Made by a program: the position numbers and the translations under genes
DNA from: the human T2T-CHM13v2.0 reference genome, Homo sapiens
DNA length: 64,000 bases
Direction: 5' to 3' (one strand)
Assembly (NCBI RefSeq): GCF_009914755.1
Contig: NC_060934.1
The notes under the pieces: generated by a model
Told to the model about the DNA's origin: nothing
The model's input: only the letters and a program-made list of their open reading frames with translations
Databases searched by the model: none
Shown: one piece after another, positions 13,510 through 31,865 of the stretch
Position numbering within the stretch: position 1 is the first letter of the stretch
Layout of the letters: every line of letters starts with the position of its first letter

Positions 13510-14100
13510 GGAGAGACTGAATGTACAAAGGCCAATGGCCAGACCACACAAAATAGGATTCTGATCCACACGAGAAGCCCCAGCAGCCAAACCACAATCT
13601 CTGTAGCAATTTGTCCAGAACAGGCAAGACTTAATCAGTGATGGCCAACTTTACTTTTTTATTTTTTATTTTTTTGTGTTTTGTTTTTTAAGACGGTCTT
13701 GCTATGTTGCCCGACCTGGTCATGAACTCCTGGGTTCAAGCAATCCTCTTGCCTCAGACTCCCAAAGTGCTGGGATAACAGGTTTGAGCTACCATGATCA
13801 GACCCAATTTTCCTATTTTTTTGCTCTGGTCTCCAACTGATCAACCAGAGAAGTCCAGACATCCGCTCCAAACCCATCACATGAAATGCTCACTTCTAGT
13901 TAGCCCACCTCTAACTGCCCCAACACCAAAGCCTCCAATCAGAGGACACCCGCAGCCTTCACTTTTTGTCAGTGGAAAGCATTCCCACTCCCCTGCCTGC
14001 CTTAGACTTTGCTTACCAAACTCAAGTAGTGGTGGCTGACTCCTTTGTTCTATAGCGAGCTCCAAATACCTGGGCTCTGTTTTCATTTGGGTGGTCTCTG
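13510..14100 (+). mobile_element. ERV solo LTR (MER77/MER21-group-like) interrupted by an antisense Alu monomer at ~13649-13805
   Basis: LTR motifs ggccagaccacacaaaatagg, ttctagttagcccacctc, cctccaatcag, cccactcccctgcctgcc; family name tentative. Confidence 0.55.
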
Positions 14101-16309
14101 TTTCAGTACCAATTAGGGCTATTCTGATCTTTGATGCTTCTATTCCTTTTTTTAGGTCAACCTCTGTATTTTTCAGTTTTAGAAGTTCCATTTGATTCTT
14201 TTTCGAAACTGATCATTTGTATAACTTCTTATTCTTTTGTCATCACTTCTATTTCTGCTAGGATATTAAATGTTTTATCCAGTGATTCTAATACGTGAAG
14301 TCCTTATGGGGGTGTTTTTATCATTTGTTCTTTCTACTGTCTCTCATTTATGGTAGCTGATTTTCTTGAATGTTTCTTGATTATTTTTTTCAAAGTTGTG
14401 AGCCCAGATATGTTGTGCTTTCTCTGGGAGTTGCCTGAGGCCTCGTCTGAGGGCACATTGTCTAGGAAATATTTGCATTTGTTTCTCCCGGGCACCTGCG
14501 GGCATAAAAGTTGCTTTAGATGAAGTTTTCCTTGGGAGTTTTTTAATCTACATTGTAAAATGTGCATCTACCACTCTTTGGAGGACAGCACATGCAAGTG
14601 AGATCTTATGTCATTGTCTTGGTACAAATTTAAGAATCAAGTGTATTAATAATAACGATGGGTTCCAACTGAGTATGTAGATAGACATTGACTATTAGAT
14701 CCTTCTGAATTCCTAAATAAGAACTTTTAAAAAATACCCTTAATATAAAATAAGTGATTCAAATATAAGAAAAATACGTTTTAACAAACACTATAGTACT
14801 TATTGTCCTTCTTTTGCATACAGAAAGCTAATCTAAGTGACTCCATATTCTTCCCTAATTGTAAAACTACTTTTAAAAAAGACATGGATTGCAGAAATCA
14901 TGAGTTGAGCTCCAAGAATTTGGACTGTGTGCTGCCTCTTCCAAAACAATTCTTTAAACTGTATCACAGATTTCCTGTGTTATCTCAGAATCCATAGTTC
15001 TTATAGAAATGCCAGTGACTAGGTCTAAATGGTGTCTGTATTGACCTTGCCTTTTTCTTATTCTTGCCAGTATTCTGTATTTCAGAGCTCCAGTTCATTC
15101 ATGACCCTAGTTATTACGCTGGATTAGGCTTCCCAGGAATATAAAAATGAGTAAGGCAGGAACTCACAATCTAGTGAAGAGTAAATAAACAACCGTGAAG
15201 GAAAACAGACTTTAACAAGTATTATAGCCCAGCAACAAAGTTGTATGAAGCATAAAGAGAGGAGGAATCATTTAAACTGAGGGTCCCGGAAAGGATCATT
15301 TCTCACCCAGCTAGAAAGCTCAGAAGAATTTGACAGGGGCTGGCTTTCCTGACAAAGATGTGGTTTCTTTATTGATCAGGCCTACAAAAGAGTTCTGCCT
15401 GTGAGCTGAGAAGTAGTTAGGAATTCAAGAGGCTTTTCACCCACTGGGTGAGTGGGACCTGAGCCAGGAAACATTTGGCTGGATTCAATTGGCTAAATAG
15501 AAGTTTCCAGAACTGAGAAAATTCCAAGATTTACTCTTAAGCTCTATTCCTATTGTTTCACAGGACATGAAATTACATACCTGCCCATGTTTTGTACACA
15601 GATAACCGTTCCTTCCTGTAGTATAATATCACTCAACGCAATGGATCTAACCATGTGTTACCACTGGGGCCTCCTGCTGAGGAGAGCAAGAAGTCAGCAA
15701 AACAGAGAATAAAGGGCATTGTTACTTCCTGCCCCTTCCCTTTCCTCTCCCTACAAGTCTTGGCTGGCAGCAATAGGAGAGACAGTAGAAGCAGATACCT
15801 GAGCGTGGCATTTGGCATGAGATTACTGTGCTTTTGAGGAGAGAAGGATAGTAACTAAGAAATATCTACATTTGAATTTTAATACAGGAGAGTCTGAGAA
15901 GAAGGGCTTTTTTGGAAGGAGGGTTGCCAGGCCTGGAACAAGCACATGCCTAGAGGAAAATCCCATACTACATACAAGGAGGAAGCCCAGGCCAGCAGGT
16001 AAGCGCAGGAGAAGGCAAATGGACAAAACTTGAGTCCCTGAAAAATTGAAGATAGAAAGAATGAGCCCCCTGAGTTCTAAATGGGCTGATACATCAGCTG
16101 ATGTCCCTGAAGCAGGAATAGAGGTATGGGTGGGACAACAACAGGAGAGAGTGAGTGGGGAACTACATAGGGTGCCTTGCCTGAAAATGGGGACAAGGCC
16201 ATGATGTGATCATAGGCAATAAGCCAGGAGCCCAGTTACCAAGACAGGCATGAATGGCTGGAGATGGTGGGACTGGCTTAGGGCTCTTGAATATCCTGTA
16301 GTCACTAAC

Positions 16310-16637
16310 TTTTTTTTCATTCTTGCTTGCTTGCTTTTTTTTTTTTTTTTTTTTTTGGAGACAGAGTCTTGCTGTGTCACACAGGCTAGAGTACACTGGT
16401 TATCACAGCTCACTGCAACCTGGACCTCCTGGGCTCAAGTGATACTCCCACCTCAGCCTCCTGAGTAACTGGGACTACAGGCACATATCAGCATACCCAG
16501 CCAATTTTTAAATTTTTTGTAGAGACGAGGTCTTCCTATGTTGCTTAGGCTGGTCTTGATCTTCTGGGCTCAAGTGATTCTCTTGCTTTGGCCTCCCAAA
16601 GTGCTGGGATTACAGGCATGAGCCACCATGCCCGGCC
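16310..16637 (-). mobile_element. AluJ
   Basis: Antisense dimer; TSD TGTAGTCA 16297-16304 / 16638-16645. Confidence 0.95.
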
Positions 16638-16719
16638 TGTAGTCATGATTTTGGGTAAAGCTGAACCCCCAATAGCAGACTTACTTAGAGGGACAAAGTA
16701 GCCCAAGGAGAAGATCCCA

Positions 16720-17112
16720 GGATAAGAGCAAGGGCTTTGGCATTCGACCTGGCTGTGAATTCTGTGCCACTTGCTGGATTGACAATGATAGGAGTGTTGT
16801 CTTCCCTCTGAGAACATAAGGCCCATGAAACTCAATATATAGCCCTGACAGTTTTACCTGCAGTGAATTTTGAAACACATTTCTTGGGGTGTTTTAAGCT
16901 GACCTTGCCATCAAGCTAGTGCTCTCATCTGGTCCTTATGTTCCCGAAGAGAGAAGGCAACACTCCCATCATTGTCACATGAGGGAACATAGTTTTATCA
17001 TCTGTAAAATGAGGATGATTATACTTACTTCATAAAGCTCTTCTAAGAATTACATGAAATAATGTTTTTGAAGCATTTAGTGCATTGCCTGTACACAGCA
17101 GGCACTCAGTTG
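16720..17112 (+). mobile_element. MIR split by a ~210-bp non-MIR insert
   Basis: 5' half ...gtgaattctgtgccacttgctgg; 3' half tcatctgtaaaatgaggatgattatactt...cagcaggcactca. Confidence 0.75.
16780..16977. repeat. complex insert: inverted arms enclosing an inverted copy of 18907-19024
   Basis: 16814-16931 is the reverse complement of 18907-19024 (111/118 identical); arms 16780-16821 and 16934-16977 are inverted repeats (4 mismatches plus a 2-nt gap). Confidence 0.93.
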
Positions 17113-17334
17113 TAATTACTATCATCAATATTACAAGGAAAGGCTGACAAAGAATCAAAGTGTGCTGAAAGTGTTCTACACTCTAAAGGATAACCCCTCT
17201 AGGTTGTATGATTCGGAATGTATGGGAGCAATTTTAACAACTTTGTAATTTGTAGATAATTGATAACAATGTAATATAATTCCTGTCTGTAGACACAGAT
17301 TCTGTCTTGTCTGGTAGAGGTTCAATTGACTTCT

Positions 17335-17510
17335 CTTTATTTTATTTTTTTCTTTCCAACTTTTATTTTCGGTTCGGTGGGTACATGTGCAGGTTTGTGA
17401 CATAGGTAAATTTTGTGTCAACGGGTTTGGTGTGATTATTTCATCACCCAGGTAATAAGCATAGTACCTGATAGGTAGTTTTTCAATCTTCTCCTTCCTC
17501 TCACCCAACT
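17335..17510 (-). mobile_element. short L1PA/L1PB 3' end
   Basis: ggtacatgtgcaggtttgt, catcacccaggtaataagcatagtacc. Confidence 0.85.
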
Positions 17511-18990
17511 TTTCTTTCTTACTCCTGGAAAAAGCCGTTTTGCCTCAACTTGCGCACTCATTTCAACATTTCTCATCTATAAGCAAGGACACCTCTGGAA
17601 GACGCAAGGCCTGGTAAATATTTTTGATATAAACTATTTGATGTACACTTTAAATGGATGAATTGTATGCTATCTGAATTATACTTCAGTGAGGCTGTTA
17701 AAAACACTTGTGGTTTTTTTGTTTGTCTTTTTAGTTCCCCAGTACTATTCTAGCAATCCTGGGTCCCTTCTGGCATGACTTCATGAAAGAACCCAGGCAG
17801 GAGCAATTCAGGCCACCTCTCTGAAATTGGGCCCAGGCCACAGGCCCCTAGGAAAGCTTCATAGGTTAAGCCCCAGAGCTCCTGGGGCATCTGGTTGACC
17901 TCACACATATGGGGCAGAGGGCTGGAGAGCCAGAGATCATTCCACAGAGGAGAAAATGGAGATGTGGCCAAGTGGGTCCCGGTCTGAATTGCAGACTGAC
18001 AGGGACTTAGAAAATTTCAAGGATCAGTTGGATAAATTGAATATGTTAGGGAAAAAAAAGAAAAAAAGAATTTCAAGAAAGGTGCTTCAAAGTGGAGGGG
18101 GTGGGGAGGCTGGAGAGGAAAGGCTGGGACAGTGGCCCCTCATGCCCTGCTGTAAGGGCAGGTATCACTACAAATAAAATGTTTCTTCAAAAATCCTTGC
18201 CATTAGTGTTCATTGAACTCTAATAATGTCATTCCTCTCCTGTGGAATGTCTATAAATGCACACTTATTGAACTGGGAAACTGAGTACAGCAGAAATAGA
18301 AAGAGATTTTAAATCTAGGCTATAAAATCTTCATATACCCTGATCCTTTGAGTTGTTAACCTCTAGACAACTTTCGCACTCACATTTGTATGCTCTAAGG
18401 CCTTCCACATCTGCAAATCCTTTTTCTAGGGTCTTTTACACATGAAACAGATCAAATTTCCCTAGAAGATATGCTTCCTTGCTTGCTTTATTTCCATTTC
18501 CAGGAAGTGTTTTACATCTGCATTGCAAAATAGCAGCCGCTGCTTCTTCTCACCTACCAGCCCAGCGTGAATGTGATTTTCCTGACAAACAGTTTGGATT
18601 GCTTCCAACCCCTCAGGCTCTGTTCACCAGACTCTATGGAAATTATTTCCCTTTCCAGACAAGGTTGTCTTCTCCAGTACAAAATGGATTTTGTACTCTT
18701 TTGCCCTAACTCAAACTGCCTTTCCCTAACGATTCTCTAGAGGTCCAATTCTTCCAGTGAAGAAACTGAGTAAATCATTTCTGACCTGCCACACTCATCT
18801 GCTCCCCACATTCACACTGGGTTGCCGGCCTCCATACCTTTGATAATGTCCTTGCCTGCACCAGAGTTACCCTCTTCAGCACTCTCCTTCCCCCGTATCA
18901 CCACCACAGATGAGAGCACCAGCTTGATGGCAAGGTCAGCTTAAAACACTCCAAGAAATGTGTTTCAAAACTCACTGCAGGTAAAAGTGT

Positions 18991-22670
<3,680 letters not shown>

Positions 22671-22689
22671 ATATAGATGTTCAGAGTAC

Positions 22690-22920
22690 CAATCCCGGAG
22701 CAAGGCTGTCTGGGTTTGAATCCTGACTCTGCTACTCTTTGAGGCCTCTGGGTGACCTCAAGGGAGTTAATTAATGTCTTTGTGACTCAGTTTCCTCATC
22801 CGTAAAATAGGGATAATACTATCACCTGGTTTATAGGATTGCAGCAATGGTTAAATGGGCTAATATGTGCTAAAACCAGTGACTGACAAGTAGCACTATA
22901 TGTTAGCTATTATCATCATT
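22690..22920 (+). mobile_element. MIR
   Basis: ctgggtttgaatcctgactctgctact; ctcagtttcctcatccgtaaaataggg. Confidence 0.85.
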
Positions 22921-23043
22921 AATTATTGTCAATATTAGGTACTTGATCAGTATATAGAATAAAATGAGCAAAACAATGAAATTCTTCTTATGACAAAATA
23001 TTATTTTCAGCAATATCAAAGCACTTTAAAATAAGGACTCTGT

Positions 23044-23344
23044 GCTGGGTGCAGTGGCTCACGCCTATAATCCCAGCACTTTGGAAGGCCAAGGCAAGCA
23101 GACTGCTTGAGCTCAGGAGTTCCAGACCAGCCTGGGCAACATGGCAAAACCCCATCTCTACCAACAACACAAAAAATTAGCCAGGTAAAGTGGCATACAC
23201 CTGTAGTCCCAGCTAGTTGGGAAGCTGAGGCTGGAGGGTTCCTTGAGCCTGGGAGACCAAGCCTGCTATGAGCTGAGATCACATCACTTCAGCCTGGGTG
23301 ACAAAGTAAGAGCCCATCTCGGGGAAAAAAAAAAAAAAAAAAAA
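23044..23344 (+). mobile_element. AluJ
   Basis: Full dimer; AAGGACT at both flanks. Confidence 0.95.
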
Positions 23345-23518
23345 GGAAGGACTTTACATTCGGACATAATTATTTCTATTTTTAAGAAAGAGGAAAACAA
23401 AATAAAAACCCTCTGGGAGATGAGGCAGACTGTTGATAGTATATGAATGCATCTTTTTCTGCACATTTTTGGAATCACAGACCCTTTTCAGCTGGAAGTG
23501 TTTAAGAGGCCATGTATC

Positions 23519-23830
<312 letters not shown>

Positions 23831-23899
23831 AAGAGGCCATGTATCCCAGCCTTGCAAAGAGTGAAAAGAATTTTTCCCATGACGCAGCTCCTTGAACAC

Positions 23900-25200
23900 T
23901 TAAAGGAACACAGAGTTGAATCTTTCCTCAAGCATCTTATTTCACCATCAATCAGGTCAGGTCTTAGAATGTTCTCCCATATATGCTGGCTAAAATATTA
24001 TCTCCCTGCAGCTTCCATCCACTTATCCTGCTTCTGCCTGTTTGAAGCTACTTAGAACAAGGTCATTCTCTTTCAGATAACAAGCTCCCAAGTATTTTCA
24101 GATGGGGCTCAAGTATTCTTTTGTCTTCTGTCTTCCAAGGTAGTATTAATTTTTTCGTCCATGTCTTGGGGGCCATGACTTACATTTGCTTCACCAACCT
24201 GATCTTTCTCCACAGGGTGCAGCCTACTGCCACTCTTACTACATGGCATCCCAATGTGAACATGGTACACCACCTCTGCTCTGGCCAGGCAGAGCCCTGA
24301 GGGAGCCCTGAGACTGTCACCTTCTTTGTATTAGTAGAAATACAGATTAAGATCACTTGAGATGTTTAGGTTGTTGCATTATACTTTTAGTTTAATTATA
24401 CTATAGTTCTCAAGCCAGGTGTGTTGAGCCGTTTTTTTGTTTCTATAAAGGAATACCTGAGACCGCATATTTAAAAAGAAAAGAGATTTAATTCGCTCAC
24501 AATCCAGCAGAATGTACAGGAAGTGTAGTGCCAACGTCTGCTTTTGGTGAGGTCTCAGGAAGCTTACGATCAAGGTAAAGGGGGAGCAGGTGCCTCTCAT
24601 GGTGAGAACGAAGGTGCCATACTCGTAACCAGATCTCATGTGAACTCAGAGCGAGAACTCATTATCATGAGGAAGGCTCCAAGCCATTTGTAAGGGATTC
24701 GCTCCCATGACCCAAACACCTCCCACGGGGCCCCACCTCCAGCACTGGGGATTGCATTTCAATATGAGATTTGGAGGGAACAAACATCCAAATCATAGCA
24801 TCAGGTTTCTCCATCCTTTACTTCTACAATTCATTTTATAAACTTGACATACCCTGTTATAACCACTTCTAATCTTACTCTTTTGACTCAATGTCTGAAC
24901 CTATTAAGGCTCTCTTAAATCTTGATTTTCTTTTAGCAATCGCATTAGGTTTCCCATCCAGTCTTTTGCCACGTTCGAACTTGATAAGCATATGATTGCA
25001 TCCAAGTCAGGCACTTACATCTTCCCCAAGGCAGGATCAGACCACTCATCTAAGGGACTGCCTCTGGGTTGACATATTTTTTTGGATGTAGTTAAACCAG
25101 TTTTGAAGTCCTAATTACCATCATTTAACTCAAATGTCTTGCTCTTAACTACAATGTGATCAAGATGATAACAGGCCAATTCAAATCAACATTTAGTTTG
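23900..25200 (-). mobile_element. ancient L3/CR1 LINE fragments interrupted by MST LTR
   Basis: CR1-like antisense motifs (ctgcagcttccatccacttatcctg; tgaacatggtacaccacctctgctctggccaggcagag; aacttgataagcat). Confidence 0.5.
24420..24800 (-). mobile_element. MSTB-like MaLR solo LTR
   Basis: ataaaggaatacctgagac...caaacatccaaatcatagca; TSD CCAGG/TCAGG. Confidence 0.85.
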
Positions 25201-25207
25201 TCGAGGC

Positions 25208-25857
25208 CAGTAGTCTGCGAACCTAGATGCCCTTAAGAATCACCTCTTTTCAAATAAAGGCTAATACAGATTTCCATGTCTTGCCTCTGAGACTCTGAGT
25301 CAGAAGGTTTTAAGTGAGGCCTGAGAAGTAGTAATTAAAAAGCACTCCAGGCCAGGCACAGTGACTCACACCTGTAATCCCAGCACTTTAGGAGGCCAAG
25401 GTGGGTAGATTGCTTGAGTCTAGGAGTTCGAGACCACCTGGGCAACATGTTGAAACCCTGTCTCTACAAAAAATACAAAAACTTAGCCAGGCATGGTGTG
25501 CCTGTAGTCCCAGCTATTTGGGAGGCTGAGGTGGGAGGATCCCTTTAGCCTAGGAGATCAAGGCTGCAGTAAGCCGTGATCCTGACACTGCACTCCAGCC
25601 TGAGTGACAGAGCAATACCCTGTCTCAAAAAATAAAATAAAATAAATAAATAAACAAAGCACCCTAATGGTTGATAGCACTAGTACTTAGGAACCAAGTG
25701 ATCTTTCTAATCAAAGTGTGGCCAAAGTGTAACTGCAGCACCTGGGGGCTACTTGGGAAAGCTAAATCTCCTGCCCTACCTCAGACCTGAATCAGAATCT
25801 ACCCTTGAACAACATCCCAGGTGATTCATAGGCACATTAAAGTTTGAGGAGCACTAT
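25208..25857. mobile_element. two MER5-type hAT fossils, the first interrupted by an Alu (25350-25655, +)
   Basis: agaatcacct, tgaatcagaatct, cccaggtgattcataggcacattaaagtttgaggagcact. Confidence 0.75.
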
Positions 25858-26128
25858 GTATGCAGTTCCTACAAGTTAGCCCTCTAATTACTCAAGAAGG
25901 AAAAGAAGAGGAAGAAAGGCAAGAAAAAGAGAAGTTCCACCTTCTCAGCTTATCAAAATTGCATACAAATTTAAACGTGGGTGAATTGCTTCACCTCTTT
26001 TTACCCGAATTTCTTGGTCTATCAAGTGGGCATGGTGATCACAGCTACCTCACAAGGGTGTCGTCAGGATTAAGGGAGTGAATGCTGGTGAAACACTGAG
26101 AACAGCACCTGCCCATGCCAAGCTCTCA

Positions 26129-26585
26129 GTGTTATGGGGTGAATTGTGTCCCCTAGAAAGATATGTTGAAGTCCTAACTCTTGGTACCTGTGAATGGACC
26201 TTATTTAGAAAAAAGGGTTTTTGCAGATGTAATCAAGTTAGGGTGATGTCATTAGGGTGGGCTGTAAGCCAATAGGACAGGTGCCCTTATTAGAAGAGGC
26301 AAACGCCATGTGAAGATGCAGACACACAGGGAGAAGGCCTTGTGAAGATACAGGCAGAGACTGGAGTGGCACAGCTGCGAGCTAAGGAGCATCAGGGATG
26401 AATGGCCACCAGCAGAAGCTAGGAAGAGCAAGGAAGGATTCCCCTACAGGTTTTGGAGGGAGCATGGCCCTGCCAACATCTTGATTTTGGACTTCCAGCT
26501 TCCAGAACTGTGAGACAATAAATTTTTGTGGTTTTAAGCTACCTAATTTATGGTGCTTTGTTATGGCAGCCCTAGAAAACTAATT
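26129..26585 (+). mobile_element. MLT1C-like MaLR solo LTR
   Basis: tgttatggggtgaattgtgtccc start; gcagccctagaaaactaat end; follows a MIR fragment at ~25970-26125. Confidence 0.85.
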
Positions 26586-28027
26586 GAGTATCTTGGTCAT
26601 AATGATTATGGTTGCTACTATAATTGCTAGCAATTGCTGGCATAGGGTTGAGCACTGCAGAGACTGTGGTAACCCTGCCCTCAGGAAGACGACAGCCAAG
26701 AACTGTGCCTGGAGGGTGGTAGTAAGTGGATTTTACCCATCTGGTGGGCATTTCAGAGGAGGATCACAATAGGGGAGCAGGTAAGGAGGCACTAAGCAAT
26801 CTTGGGTGCCCAGAAAGCCTTCCTAGAAGAGATGTCACCTATGCTGAGGGACTGGTAGGGTGAGGTAGGTAAGAAAGTTGCATATGCTGTTCCAGGCAGA
26901 GGGACAGTATTCGAACACCCCTGAGATGAGAGAGGCAACCAGTAACAGCTCTGAAATCACATCTGCCATTTCCCTGGTCTGCAAGTTGCTTGCAGACAAA
27001 AAATTCCATTAAATGACCAAGTGTCCTCATTTTCTCTCTGGCACCTGGAACATCAATTCCCTCCTTATAGTGGGTGCTCTTCACACTCACTTAAAGACTC
27101 TTGTTGAGAAGACAACCTAAAAATGGTCCTTGAGTGATCCTGTCATCTGCTTTAGCCCTTCCTTATTCCCCCTATTGCTCCAAATGTGTGCTGACTTGGT
27201 CCTTCTGTCCTCTGTAGTATTTCCACTTGATCTGGGTTATGGTCTCTTTGGTACTTTCCTCACAGTTTCTGGGATTTGTCCCTCATTAAGCAACACATCT
27301 TGCCTCTTCTGGGCTTCATTTGTGCATGTTCTTTCAAAAATGTCTCCTCATCAGAAAGCTACTAATGTAGCTACACATTTATTTTCTTTAGAATGATCTA
27401 GAAAATTACTTTTATTCTCACTGAACTGATTCCAAGTTTTAGATTCAGTATTTTCATTTTGAGAAATTTCCATCCCTGTTGAACATACTCTCTTTGGGGA
27501 CTCCTAGCCATGGGTTAATCTGTCTTCTCTGAACTTTTCAAAGATGTTTTCCTAAAAGTAGTGATATATTTGTTCATTTCTTCAGTTAGTATTTATTGAG
27601 TGTCTGCTACACAGTAGGCACACAGATCAATGAACAACATGATGGTCTGTCTGCACCCTTGTAGAATTTACAGTCTAGCAAAGGTCAGGTTTGTATCTCA
27701 TTGGGCCACAGAACTCTAAGGGGACACAGATTCGCTGACAAGATCCTGACAGGAAAGAAACAAAATACTGACCTGGGGTTAGTGAGGAGAGTCCAGTGAA
27801 GAGACAATCTACAAAGCTGTGGGGAGGGTTGAGGGAAACACAAGGGATGGGGAGACAGTCAAGGGCCAGCAACAACAGGATACTGCTAGCACACCTGCTC
27901 CTGAAGACCAAGAAGAGAGAGCAGCTGAAAGACAGGGCCACCAACCAGGAAGGACAGCCACCCTCAGGAAATCATGGCCAGTGCCAGTGTGCAGCCTGGC
28001 AGGGAAGGAACGAGGACCGTGAGTGCT

Positions 28028-28483
28028 TGTCATGGTTAATTTTATGTGCCAACTTTGTGAGACCACGGAACTTAGATTTTGGTCAAACACTAGTCTGGAT
28101 GTTGCCGTGAAGATATTTTTCAGATGTGACTAACATTTAAATCAGTAGACTTTGAGTAAAACAGAGTACCCTCCATAATGTGGGGGGACTCATCGAATCA
28201 ATGGAAGGCCTCAACGGGAAAAAAGACTGAGGTTCCTCAGAGGAGGAAGAAATAGTGTCTCCAGACTGCCTTCCGACTGATGACTGCAACATTGCATCTT
28301 TGGCCTGCCCACAGCCTGCCCTGCAGATTTCAGACTTGCCAGTCCCACGATTGATGGGGCAACTCCTTAATATAAATATCTCCCTCTCCTCTCTCTCTCT
28401 CTATAGTATAGTATATGTATATATGTGAAATATACACTCACACCCCATTGGTTCTGTGTCTCTGGAGAAGTCTGATTAATACA
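28028..28483 (+). mobile_element. MLT2D-like ERVL solo LTR nested in an older LTR16-like element (~27720-28670)
   Basis: tgtcatggttaattttatgtgccaact start; ctctggagaagtctgattaataca end. Confidence 0.8.
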
Positions 28484-29256
28484 GTACCTAGCCTTTCTGT
28501 CTTCCTACTCTTTGGTTTCCTGCCAGTGCCTGCCAAATGCAACCAACCAAGCTGCAGGGAAGGGAGCCTACAGATCCTGGCTGTGCAGGTCAGCCTCCCG
28601 GGGCGCAGAGCAGAGGGGAGAGGATGAACAGCTGATCTGGAGGATCAACTCAAGATTGTCAAGCACCAGCGGTTACTCTCCCACCAAGAAGCATTTTCCC
28701 TGCCTAACTCCCACCGTGTTACTACTGCCTTAAGACATTTCGCAAGCTCCCTTTCAGGGGTGGAGATGTCCCACACAGCCACGTCTTTTGTGACCTCAGC
28801 CCTTCCTTTCTGCCCAGCCTTCCCTCCCGCCTCTCCCTCACCTCCCACTTTGTGTTTCTGAGGTAATTCCCTGAAGCACTTGTGATTTCCCACACTGGGC
28901 AGGTTTTTTTCCCGGCTGCTGTGCCTCTGTACACAGGCTCCATCTGCCATGCTGCCCTTTGCCCCTGTCCATTTGCAGAGTCTTGTTTACCCTTCCAAAT
29001 CCAACTCATGGGGCATATGCTTTGTGAAGTGTCTTCTGTTTGCTCAGGCCCAGAATACCCCCAGTTTTCCCTGTTGCCTCTGTATGATTCTATTATTGTG
29101 TGGATTACACAGAATTCAGTGATTCATACAGAGGTCCATCCTTCCCACTGCACTGTGAGCACCATGAGGACAGACATAGAGTGTGATCTGTCTCTATCTC
29201 AGCATCCAGCTCAAAGCCTAAACCAGGCACCCAGGCACCTGCCAAAGAGGTTCTCA

Positions 29257-29555
<299 letters not shown>

Positions 29556-31466
29556 AAAGAGGTTCTCAGGCTTCTCATTGGGATGCCGATGTGCTGCTCT
29601 TCTCAGGAGAGTTTCAAATGGCAACTTCAGCTTTCTAAAACCCCTACGTTCTGAATATACCTGTGTTTCTGCACAGCATACGTTTTGAAACAGCCTAGGA
29701 AATATATTGGAGATTTATGTATTGGCAAGTATCTGATGTCAACCTCACTCATACCAGCTACCCACAGTGTGTACAGAAACACCCTGAGCAACATTCTTCG
29801 GCTGCTTCGGGCGGAGTGAAGTGCATAAAAAGCAAGTCAACAGTTGGACAAGGCTCTCTTGGTTCCTCTTGTCCTGAGGTCTCAGCACCAAGTCAAGCTG
29901 TTATAAAGCCCTTTTCAAAATTGTTTTGTCAGTTGCACACTAGAGATTCATTTCATGGAGTTCTGTTAAAGTATCTGACACACAGATTTGTATGTGTACT
30001 GGGGGAGTGTGAGGGGAAAATATAAACAGGTTTCTTTAGCCCAATTTTTTTTTAATACAACCCTTTTTCATGTTCCCCTGAAACAAACTACAATGGCCAA
30101 TTTCAAATCAGTTTCCAGACTCTCTAACCATAACATGGAATTTCACACTGCCAGTAAATGCTGAAAGGCTGTATTTCAAGCTGAAGTTCATTGCAAACAA
30201 CACCCCACCCACTAAGAATGAGCTTCTTTTTAAAAAATTTTAAGCCACCAGAATGAGTCTTTGACTGTTTAGGAAGGTTGGGATCAAAAACAGAATGGCC
30301 AATATAATAACGTAATGGAGAATAATTCAATTAAATGCAATCTTGCTGGATTAGTAAATTTTGTGTCATTTCACCTGTGTTTAATTCCTGAAAAATACAA
30401 TTCCACAAGCATTTATTTGGCGATGTGTTTGCGCGAGGCACAGAGCTGGTTGATCAGAGGAAGCTCGGTGAGATCCATCCCTGCTCTCAAGGAGCCTGCT
30501 GTGTACAATGCCACCGCCTCTGCAAACTTACCAAGCTTATCCCAGCAAATTTCTCCTTCCCTTGGCTTATGTTATAGTGGACCATGAGGTGCCCAAAGCC
30601 CCTCTGGAATTTGCAGTTCCAAGAACAAATAGTTATTTCCTTTTTTGCTTAAGTCAATTTAGTAATTGTCATTCAAAACCAGATGAACGCCTTGAAGAAT
30701 AGCAGAATTTCAACAGGTAGAGATGGGGGAGAATATCATTGTAGAAAATGGAAACAGTGTGGATCAAGGTAGAGTGGATCTCGTGCAGGGTCCCCTTGGT
30801 GAACAGTGGCCATGTCCGCAACACTGGGTGCATTGGGACAGGTAAATGGAGAGGAGATAGGGTTCAAAATACAGCTTGTGAGTCATATGCTAAGAGACTT
30901 GGCTGTCTCCTTAAAGAATTGTGGGGAGAAGGCAGAGAGCGATGTAAGGGTTTGGGCAAGGACGTGCATGGCTTGATTCATGCTTGGGGTCAGTGGCTCT
31001 GGGGACAGGCAGTGTAATGGATGGATTTAAAGTAAGAGCGAGTGAAGGCACAGAGTTCTCTTGGTGTTTATAACTTTTCTTCTTAATACCTTACTCCTTA
31101 GATTTTATGATATGTTACAGATGTACAAGTTGTGTATTCATGCCTTGCTTCCTCTCTCAGGAGATAGGCTTTCTGGCTCAGTGAAATTATTCCCTCTCCT
31201 GTCTGCATTAGGAAGGTAGCCCCTACAATTATAATGCATGTTACTTCTTGTATGCAGCTAACTTGAGTTTTTTGTCCCTTCTAGTAAAGGTTAAGTGTGT
31301 GCTGTAAAATCTTGACCTATGTGGCCTAAAATTGCAAAGTGATCTTTTGTCTCAAAATGTGAACTCCTTGATCTAGCAATTCCATTGATGAGAATTTGTC
31401 CAAGGGAAATAGGATGGACACAAAGATTTGTCTGTAAAAACATTCATCTCTGAATAAGAATTTTAA

Positions 31467-31865
<399 letters not shown>

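Noticed and set aside
16780-16977. Novel MITE with 42-bp terminal inverted repeats
   Set aside because: No TSD, host MIR sequence is lost at the site, and the interior is a copy of nearby DNA. Templated repair explains it better.
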